Source of the DNA: an uncultured Actinomycetes bacterium
GTDB lineage: Bacteria; Actinomycetota; Actinomycetes; S36-B12; CAIYMF01
Assembly: GCA_963843975.1 (NCBI GenBank)
Contig: CAWJMG010000001.1
Coordinates: 1,110,001 to 1,142,000 of the forward strand
Direction: 5' to 3'
DNA length: 32,000 nucleotides
Shown here one piece after another: positions 9,026 through 16,642 of the stretch (within the stretch, counting starts at the first letter, position 1; each line of letters begins with the position of its first letter). Position numbers and translations under genes: made by a program. The notes beneath the pieces were generated by a model. The model did no database searches and was not told the DNA's origin. It worked only from the letters and a program-made list of their open reading frames with translations.

Positions 9026-9046
9026 GTCAGCTATGGCGTCAGCTAT
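9026..9046 (+). promoter_or_regulatory. tandem 9-mers GTCAGCTAT x2 (12-bp register), candidate integrase/Xis arm-type sites, attL side
   Basis: gtcagctatggcgtcagctat. The same 9-mer pair with the same spacing and orientation occurs at 26956-26976 near attR. Confidence 0.55.
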
Positions 9047-9123
9047 GGACCACGTGGCGAGAACGTGCGCGGATCGTCCGGGAGCTCCCGCGCGCGTGCC
9101 CGATTCGCAGGCGGGCACTCATG

Positions 9124-10875
9124 CTAGGTACCCGGCAAGGGGTCCTGGCCAGGCACTGGCTCGGCGCTCTGCCGCTTGCGCCGCGCCGGCTTAGGCGGAA
9201 ACTTCGGGCCTGGACCGTACTCCACGGACGGACCACGCTGCGCCTGGGATGTCTTGATGAGGACCTCCCGCTCGACCAACCCTGCCAAGATCTGGCGGGC
9301 TCGGGGCATGCCCACGGTGAACAGGTTCTGGACCGTGCTGTTGGTGATGCGGTCGTACTCCCGCACATGCGCAATCACCCGCCGGTCGATCTCGTCCGAG
9401 GTGTGACGCACGTACGGAACGGCACTGCCGAGTTGCTTGACGACGTCTTCGCGCAGACGGTAGGTCGGGAGAGCGAGGCGGGCCGTTTGCCTGGTTGGTT
9501 CCACCATCGCCACGTGCTCCGACGCTAGGTGGCGCAGAGACGCTTCGGCCTCAGCCGTGCCCTTCTGCAAGAGCGGACCAAGCGCCTCGGCTGTCACTGT
9601 GCGCCGATTGCACAGGCTCAGAAGGATGATCATCGCGTCCGTATCGTCGCGCGTCGCAGGATCTAGTTGGGCCACGTAGCGGGCGATATTCACGTCCGGA
9701 GCACCGCCTACCAGCGACACTCGGACCTGGTCGAACGTTGCCTCGATGTTCGGGGTGGGTCGACCCGAGCGCACCATCTCCCTGTACATGCGGTCCACTC
9801 CGCGCCCAACCTCTTCCGCGAGTTCCAAGGAGCGAAGGGCGGCGGCGAGAACTCTGTTCCTGGGCTTCGACGGATGGGTCAGGATGTTCTCCAGCGTGAC
9901 CCCAGGCACCAGCGGTCCAGGAGACGTCACAACGAAGACCTGGGGCGAATGCTCGATCACGACGGGGCCAGCCGCGCGGTGATCGCGGTGGATCAGCGCG
10001 TTCCCGATCGCTTCGCGCACAGCGAGTTCTGGGAAGTCCTGGATCTGGAGTTGCTGGCCGTCGGGCAACGTGACAGGGGTGGACTGCCTCCGAAGCGCAA
10101 CCAGGTCCATCACCCGCTCGTAGACCATTAGCAAAGGGCCTTGGAGTCGCTCCACCACGCGCGGCTCACCCCCGGGGGATTCCCGATACTGATACAGAAC
10201 CTCAACCCCATGAGGCCCTAGCAAGTACTGTCCGGCAGCGTTGAGGTCACCGTCGGGCAGCACCAAACCGAGAGCGCGCAGCAGGTCGGGGTCGGAGAGC
10301 TTCGCTAGCGCATTGCGCTCTGGACGCAGTGATGCTGTGAGACGTCGGCGCGCCGCCTGCACCGCGTTTGCGTCGAGGTTGGCATCGGTCGCCACCATTG
10401 CGGATGGGTCGAAGCTCTGCCGTGCGTCACGCAGTTGCTTCTGCGTCGCTGGATCCATCCCCACACAGTCGGTGCCGATGCGATGAGGTGCGCGGCCTCG
10501 GGTGTCCGCGTAGATCTCCTGATCAGCTCGCACACTCACGACGACGATGCGTCGGCCGGCGTACCCCTCCTCGCCACAGTCGACCAGGAGCCGAGGGCGG
10601 CTGTTGTCGTGGACGTACTTCTTGACCGCGACAGGATCAAGCCGTGAACCCACCAAAGCAGCGGGGCCGACGGCATCGTCGTCGACTCCGACGACCACCC
10701 AGCCACCCGAGGTGTTGGCTAGGCATAGGGCCGCCTCAAGGATGATCTTGAAGCTGTCCTTGGTTGCTGCGGCGTCCTCTTTAAAGTCGAGCCGTTCGGT
10801 CTCTAACGCTGCGACGCGCTGACCAGCCCAGATGGCGTCAAGTGCCGCTTCCACGACCGGGTCCACGGCCATCAT
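9124..10875 (-). CDS. AlbA_2 (Schlafen-like, 'divergent AAA') + HATPase_c_4-like + C-terminal wHTH protein (COG2865-type putative regulator)
   Basis: The 583-aa ORF has GGAG 5-6 nt upstream of ATGATG. The N-terminal motif is ETERLDFKEDAA...ANTSGGWVVVGVDD. The central motif is REAIGNALIHRDH...SPGPL. The C-terminal region is winged-helix-like (ITNSTVQNLFTVGMPRARQILAGLVEREVLIKT). No frame break is seen. Confidence 0.75.
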   Translation of the reverse strand: MMAVDPVVEAALDAIWAGQRVAALETERLDFKEDAAATKDSFKIILEAALCLANTSGGWVVVGVDDDAVGPAALVGSRLDPVAVKKYVHDNSRPRLLVDCGEEGYAGRRIVVVSVRADQEIYADTRGRAPHRIGTDCVGMDPATQKQLRDARQSFDPSAMVATDANLDANAVQAARRRLTASLRPERNALAKLSDPDLLRALGLVLPDGDLNAAGQYLLGPHGVEVLYQYRESPGGEPRVVERLQGPLLMVYERVMDLVALRRQSTPVTLPDGQQLQIQDFPELAVREAIGNALIHRDHRAAGPVVIEHSPQVFVVTSPGPLVPGVTLENILTHPSKPRNRVLAAALRSLELAEEVGRGVDRMYREMVRSGRPTPNIEATFDQVRVSLVGGAPDVNIARYVAQLDPATRDDTDAMIILLSLCNRRTVTAEALGPLLQKGTAEAEASLRHLASEHVAMVEPTRQTARLALPTYRLREDVVKQLGSAVPYVRHTSDEIDRRVIAHVREYDRITNSTVQNLFTVGMPRARQILAGLVEREVLIKTSQAQRGPSVEYGPGPKFPPKPARRKRQSAEPVPGQDPLPGT

Positions 10876-10884
10876 TTGCTCCGA

Positions 10885-10925
10885 GTTTGCTAGTTCCCTT
10901 TACTGAGTGAAGGGTACTAGCAAAC
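10885..10925. promoter_or_regulatory. 16-bp-arm inverted repeat between the int stop and the AlbA_2 gene start (operator or terminator)
   Basis: gtttgctagttccctt (10885-10900) and aagggtactagcaaac (10910-10925) are complementary except for one mismatch, with a 9-nt spacer. The repeat lies in a locally AT-richer 112-bp spacer. Confidence 0.5.
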
Positions 10926-10987
10926 TGACCGCAAACCTATACTCGCCGACACCGCTCATCGCAAGAAGTCAGCTCCCGCAGCGTCGG

Positions 10988-12187
10988 CTAGAGCCCCCTC
11001 AGGAAGGCGTCCATCTTGTGCGCCGCGTCGGCCTTCACCTCGTCGAGGACGTGGGTGTAGAGGTCCGACGTGGTGGCCATGCGCGAGTGGCCCAGGACCT
11101 CCATGACGGTCCGCATGTCAGCGCCCTGCATCAACAGCACGGACGCTGCTGTGTGCCGCAAGTCGTGCGGCCGGCAGCGTCGGACGCCGGCGCGATCGCA
11201 GAGTGCGTGCCAGAAGCCGTACACGTTCTGCGGGTCGAGCCACGTGCCGAGGTGCGTGGTGAACACCAATTGCGGATCGACCCAGACGTCCGCTGCGGCA
11301 CGTTCGGCAGCCTGCCGCTCCCAGTGCTGAATCAGCACCGTGACGAGCACGTCTGGCAGGGCGACCTTGCGCACGCTGGCAGCCGTCTTCGTCTCGACCT
11401 CGACCAGGTGCCCGCGGCGGCGTCCGCTCGGCGTGCGTTCCTGAGTGCGGCGCCGTTGCAGCGATCGACGGACCGAGAGTGTGCGAGCGTCGAAGTTGAT
11501 GTCGTCCCAGTGCAGGCCCAGTGCTTCTCCGCGCCGGAGGCCGAGCGAGATGAGCAGCAGCCACAGCGCGTGCAGCCGGTCGTTGGGCGCCTCGGCGAGC
11601 AGAGCCTTGAGCTCCTCGGGTCGGAGCGGCTCGATCGTCGGTGAGGTGACGCGCCCCGACTTCACCAGGAGCGCGACGTTCCGCGTCACGAGCTCGTCGC
11701 GGAGCGCGTCGTTGAGCGCCCGGCGAAGGATAGCGTGCGCGAGCTGGACGGTGCGCGACGCGAACGGTCGGCCCCTGCTGTTCGTCGTGCCTCGCAGGGT
11801 CGCGAGCCACTCGCGCAGGTGCACCGGCTTGAGTTCCTCGAGCCTGTGCCGGCCGAGGTAGGGCACGATCAGCCGGTCCGCGATGTCGAGGTAGTTGTCG
11901 GCCGTTGACTCGCGTAGTTCGCCGATGGCGACTTGGTGGGCGATCGTTCCGACCGCCCAGTCCGCGAAGTACTCCTCCACCGTCATGCCGCGGGTGCTGG
12001 CGACCAGGTGCCCGGCGTCGCGCTGCCGACGTAGGTCGTCGAGCTTGTCGAGCACCTCCTTGCGAGTAGCGCCGGAGACGTACCGGCGCTGCTGCTCGCC
12101 GGCCACGTTGAAGCCGACCGTCAGAGCGCCGGCCCACTTGCCCCGGTTGCGGTAGACGGTGCCTTCACCGTGGCCTCGCTTGCCCAT
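10988..12187 (-). CDS. int: tyrosine recombinase / phage-type integrase
   Basis: A strong SD GAGGAGG (12193-12199, minus strand) precedes ATG 12187. The protein begins [20 protein letters not shown], a SAM-like N-terminal domain. The catalytic region has [30 protein letters not shown] and [15 protein letters not shown] (R, HxxR, Y). Confidence 0.9.
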   Translation of the reverse strand: MGKRGHGEGTVYRNRGKWAGALTVGFNVAGEQQRRYVSGATRKEVLDKLDDLRRQRDAGHLVASTRGMTVEEYFADWAVGTIAHQVAIGELRESTADNYLDIADRLIVPYLGRHRLEELKPVHLREWLATLRGTTNSRGRPFASRTVQLAHAILRRALNDALRDELVTRNVALLVKSGRVTSPTIEPLRPEELKALLAEAPNDRLHALWLLLISLGLRRGEALGLHWDDINFDARTLSVRRSLQRRRTQERTPSGRRRGHLVEVETKTAASVRKVALPDVLVTVLIQHWERQAAERAAADVWVDPQLVFTTHLGTWLDPQNVYGFWHALCDRAGVRRCRPHDLRHTAASVLLMQGADMRTVMEVLGHSRMATTSDLYTHVLDEVKADAAHKMDAFLRGL

Positions 12188-12189
12188 CC

Positions 12190-15123
12190 CTACCTCCTCG
12201 ATCGAACGGATCAGCCTCCGGCCGTCGGCGCCCACTCGTCGAGCGCCGAAGCCGTCGGCCTGTGGACGACGCGCCGAAGTCAGCGGCTGAGACCGCGGTC
12301 CGGCTGGGGCGAGCTGCACCTGCGGGCGTGAGTGCGGTTCGTCCCGCTCGCCGACCTGACGGGTGGCGAGCAGGTGCCGCGCGGAGCGGCGAAACTGCTG
12401 GTCAGTAGTCGCCATGACGGCGTCGAGGAGCCACTCGGGCCCCGAGTCGGTGGCCACCGCCTCTGGCGCGAGGTAGAGGTGGTTCTCCGCGCGCCCGCGG
12501 GAGAGTGCGACGTAGGCCGTCTCGCGCCCCAATGCTGCGGAGCCGACGACGAGCGCGCGATCGAGCGTCTGCCCCTGTGCCTTGTGGCAGGTGAGCGCGT
12601 ACGCGTGGTCGAGCCGGCCAGCGCTCAGCAACTCGTGGTCGAAGGAGTGGACACTGCCGTCAGCCGTCAGGATGGTTGCGGCGCCGAGCCGAACGTCGAC
12701 GGCCGTCACAGTCGCCTGGGTGCCGTTGAGCAGCCCGTGGGAGTAGTCGTTGGCCGTGACCATCACGCGATCGCCCACGCGCAAGGCGACGTCACCCTGC
12801 TCGCGCGTGATGACGAGCTCGGGCCTGTCAGCTCTCCCACGGCCGCCAACTCCTGACGCGCATGCTCGTTCAGCGCTCTGACCTGGGCCCGCGTCGGCGC
12901 GAGGATCGCGACGTCGGCGCCGCTACGCGTTGCCTCCAGATAGTCGGTCACCACCTGCACGTGGAGCGCATCCCGGTCTTCAGCGACGTGCACGCGGCCG
13001 CGGGCGATGTACGCGTCGAGGGCGCGCCCAGGGTCGCCGTCGCGGAGCTGCGTCAGCGCGGTTTGCTCCCAGGCGGCGTCCTGGCGACGGTTGGTGCGCA
13101 GCTCGATCGCGCCGCGCGAAGCCAGCTCGGCGAAGAGGCCTCCGGCCTCGATCTCGGGCAGCTGGGCGGGATCCCCCACGAGCACGATGGTCGCCCCCAC
13201 GTCTGCGACGTGGCCCAGCAGCCGATCGAGGTCCCGGGTGCCGACCATGCCCGCCTCATCGATCACGAGCACACTGCCCCGTGACAGCCGGAAGTCGCGG
13301 GACACCGTGAAGGCCCGATCGATGCCGGTGAGCACCTGCGCGAGCGTGCAGCTGGGGATGCCCGACCCCCGCCTGAGCTGGCGAGCAGCCATCGCTGACA
13401 GGGCAGCCCCGAGGACCTGCCGGCCTTCGCCCGACCACACCTCGTGCGCCGCAGCCAGCGCTGCCGTCTTCCCCGAGCCAGCCGGCCCGACCACCATGTG
13501 CAGGCTGCGGCCTGACGTCAGGGTGCGCACCATCTCGACCTGGTCCGGTCCCAGGGTGTGGGCCAAGGCCGCGCCGTCGACGACGTGCGGCCGGGCGCCG
13601 CGATTAACTCGGTTTCGCAGCAGGTCGGCGGTGGCCAGCGCTCGCTGCTCGGTGAGCAGCAGGTCCGTCGTCGTCCAGCGCGACGACCACGTAGAGGCCG
13701 CGTCGGGAGACTCGAGAGCCACCACCTCCGGATGGCTGATCACGTCGGCTGCCAGGCGCTCGATCGTCGCGACGTTGGCACCCGACGGAGAGCCCGACGC
13801 CAGCGCCTGGAGTACGTCGTCGAAGTCGAACGACGTGGCATGGCGCGTCAGACCGTCGGCACCCAATAGCCGGGGGACCGGATCCTCGGTCACCCCAGGT
13901 TCGCCAGACCGGCCGACGCACGCCTCGACCAACTCGTGCGGCATGAAGCCCAGCTCCCGCAGCTCGGCGGCCCAGCGGAGCTCGAGCTCCTCGGACGGGA
14001 CTCGCTCCTTGGCGGGACGGGTGTCGAGGCAAGCCGCCTGAGCGGCCCTCGAACCGCTCGCCCCCGCCGCGCGGAGCGCGGTGCGGACCTGCTCGGACCG
14101 CTTCGCGAAGGCACGACGTACGACGCTCGGAACCCCGAGGATCTCCGCGACTCCCCGGCGCACCGGCTCCCACTCGACGCCGAGCCGCTCGGTGAGCTGG
14201 GCGCGCAGCGCCGCTTGGTAGAGGTAGCCGGCCGTCTTGCCGTGACGGAACAGGGCACGGCTGTCGACCGCGGACCAACGCCCATCCACGCCGCGAAGCA
14301 CGTTGGCGACGACCACATGGGTGTGAACCTGCGGGTCGCCGGCGCGGCTCGTGCCGTGCTCGAACGCGGCCGCGACGAATCCTGACGTCTCCACCCTGTC
14401 GGCGCGCCGGCCGTCGCCGTGGTGGCCGCGGGCCGCTGTGGCCGTCGTGCGCTCGAGCCACCCCACCGCCTCCTCGACTGCAGCAGCGTGGGCGGCGATC
14501 ACCGCCCCTGTGACGCCGCCTCCGCCGAAGGCGGCAAGGAGCGACACCGACTTCGGCGCCGAGAAGGTGAGGTCGTACCCGACGCGACGGGTGTCGACGC
14601 GCTTGCCCAGGTGCCGGAGCGCCCGGTCGACAAGGCCGGACCTGGTGCTGCCTGGTCGCGCGTAGATGCTGCGCAGGTCCCGACCCGTGGGCTCGGCCAG
14701 GCGCCCCGCGAGGTCAACCCTCACGCCCCGCCGACCGCCCACGGGCCTGGCGAGAGCCGCGAATCGGTCCGCGAGCCTTCGGTCGGCGAGGAGGAAGGGC
14801 ACGGGCACGCCGACAGCCGCCGAGGCGGCGCGGACCGCCTTCACCAACGGCGACGCCGGCAGCAGCGACCGCGGATCCGCGCGGAGCACAGGCTCGACCA
14901 GACGCTCGCCACGAGGGTCGCGGCCGTCGAGCAGGAGCCGGAACGCCTGCTCACCCGCGGCGTCCAGGCCGCCCTTCAACCCCAGCGCTGCGGCGCCGCT
15001 GCCGATCCACCGGCCCGTATGCCCGCCCCGACGAAGGTAGTAGTCCGCCTGGCACCCGGCAGCGTTCCCGAGGAAGTACGTCGCCGCCGCACCCGCGGAC
15101 GCGACCAGACCGATCGACAGCAT
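12190..15123 (-). pseudogene. MobF/TrwC-type relaxase fused to a RecD/TraA-like helicase; frameshift near 12821-12825; 3' end undefined (open frame runs into int)
   Basis: The probable start is ATG 15123 (MLSIGLVASAGAAATYF) with GAAGGGA upstream. The relaxase histidine triad is FEHGTSRAGDPQVHTHVVVAN. Walker A is VVGPAGSGKT and Walker B is VLVIDEAGMV. After [10 protein letters not shown] the sequence continues in another frame ([27 protein letters not shown]...[23 protein letters not shown]...[12 protein letters not shown]). There is no stop codon before the integrase ATG. Confidence 0.8.
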
Positions 15124-15161
15124 CAGACATCCCTTCGACACCCGACACCTTCCTCAGGGAC

Positions 15162-15395
15162 TCCGTCACGGCGTCCGTCACTTGCGCGGTCACCGCAACT
15201 GCCAGCCGCGTTCCAGCGACCGTCACGGTCATTGAGTCCGTCACTTTGGTGACGGAGTCCGTCAGCAAGGTCATGGGCACGTCACGGGCTCCGTCAACAC
15301 CGTCATGGACTCCGTCGCCACCGTCACGGGGTCCGTCAGCACCGTCACGAACTCGGTCGCCACCGTCACAGGCACCGTCACCTCATCCGTCACTG
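15162..15395. repeat. array of CCGTCA(C) motifs, including five tandem 21-bp units (15291-15395) between the relaxase and xis starts
   Basis: There are 13 exact plus-strand ccgtca sites (15163, 15175, 15220, 15238, 15259, 15291, 15300, 15321, 15333, 15342, 15363, 15375, 15387), four one-off variants and one inverted copy (15250). The 21-bp units are ccgtcaacaccgtcatggact / ccgtcgccaccgtcacggggt / ccgtcagcaccgtcacgaact / cggtcgccaccgtcacaggca / ccgtcacctcatccgtcactg. Units 1+2 versus 3+4 match at 35 of 42 positions. Confidence 0.85.
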
Positions 15396-15538
15396 GCGGC
15401 CGTGTGCCCCCGTGTGGGTGACAGTGCGTTCGCTGCAGTTCCTGCCCGCCCATCGACGCCATCGCGAATCCTGTGCGGATCCGTCCTCGTCGCGGACTCC
15501 GGTGAGCGCTCGCTGGCTCACCTCGCGCATCTGTGTAC

Positions 15539-15785
15539 ATGACAACCACAGCGCGGACGCCCGCGAATCCCAGCCCATCACCCGACGCCGTGCCGCCGAT
15601 CCTGCTCACGCCGGAGCAGGCCGCCCGGGCCCTGGGCCTCGGTCGCACCACCGTGTACGCGCTGATGCGCGACGGCGAGCCTCCGATCCGTCCGCCTCGG
15701 TCGATCGCGACGCATCCCGTACGCCTGCTTGGTCGAGTTCGTCGATCGCATCACCACGCTCGCGATCAAGTCGTCGGCCTCTTGA
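15539..15785 (+). pseudogene. xis: excisionase-family HTH DNA-binding protein (Xis-like), frameshift near 15680
   Basis: LLTPEQAARALGLGRTTVYALMRDGE is the excisionase/MerR-type HTH. The expected continuation LRSVRLGRSRRIPYACLVEFVDRITTLAIKSSAS (stop 15783-15785) is in the next frame after ggc gag c ctc. The start is ATG 15539 or the in-frame GTG 15590. Confidence 0.7.
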
Positions 15786-16286
15786 CGGTCACCGTCACGA
15801 GCGCCGTCTCAGGCCTCCAGGATCTCGGCACACACTGGTATCTGGATACCCAACGTCGCGCACTCGCGCCCGCCGCCGTGACCGTCACAACGCAAGTTCG
15901 GACCTCCCCCAGGCACGAAAGGTGCACCGCAGATCCGACCAGAGGGCCAGGTGACCTCGTTGACCACGTGCAGCACGCTGAGGACTTCCAGCCATCGACC
16001 ACCACGGCCGGCTGGTCCCGCCTCTACCACAGGCGATGCGCGTGAACTACTCTCACTCAACCGAGACCCCACAGCCCAACTGGACCGAAGAGCGGCCGGC
16101 AGGACAGTCGCTCGAACTCCTCTGTGTACCTGCCCTGCACCGGCATTGACGCTTCCCTTCTTGGCGACAGCCAAGGAGGCAAGCGTTCGGCGCGCCGGGT
16201 CACTCCGGGGGGCAGGGTTGGTCAGCCCGTTCTCCGGCAACCTGTTCGTGGCAGGGCTTCGCTCGCGGGTAACTGCTCGAGGTGAG

Positions 16287-16637
16287 TCACGAGACGGCGC
16301 AAGAGCCGAGTGTGGCGCTCGAGACTGATTCAACGGGAGTGGTCTCGGGATACATCTCGAAGAAGAGCTCAAGGCATCCCAACTGATTCCCCTTCAAGTC
16401 CTTGACGATCCATGGGTTAGCGGCGCCTACGGCCGAAAGGGCGGTTGCCGACTGCCCCGGCTCGAGTACTACCGGTGGCTCTGATTGAGAACAACCCTGA
16501 CCGGAACCTGTGCATTGTGCGACAAGAACGCCCTTACCTGTGTCGTTGAAGATCATGACTTCGAACGTATCCGGGTCACCGCCAACGCCGCAGCCGGCAA
16601 GCACAAGTCCTATGACTGAGAGGGCGAGTATCCGCAT
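16287..16637 (-). CDS. small lipoprotein, candidate immunity protein for the Rhs C-terminal toxin
   Basis: ATG 16637 lies 5 nt after the Rhs stop (16643-16645). The protein begins MRILALSVIGLVLAGCGVGG (lipobox LAGC) and is 116 aa. It shares a visibly AT-richer block with the Rhs C-terminal region. No family is recognised. Confidence 0.6.
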   Translation of the reverse strand: MRILALSVIGLVLAGCGVGGDPDTFEVMIFNDTGKGVLVAQCTGSGQGCSQSEPPVVLEPGQSATALSAVGAANPWIVKDLKGNQLGCLELFFEMYPETTPVESVSSATLGSCAVS

Positions 16638-16642
16638 GGCCT

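Noticed and set aside
15160-15400. Tandem repeat array as a CRISPR array
   Set aside because: The units are 21 bp and directly abutting, with no unique spacers, no cas genes and no leader. The motif is only 6-8 bp.
15809-16372. 187-aa minus ORF spanning the xis-immunity spacer and overlapping the immunity gene 3' end
   Set aside because: It has Ser/Arg/Pro/Ala-rich composition, no start context and only moderate GC3, and it overlaps the better-supported lipoprotein gene.
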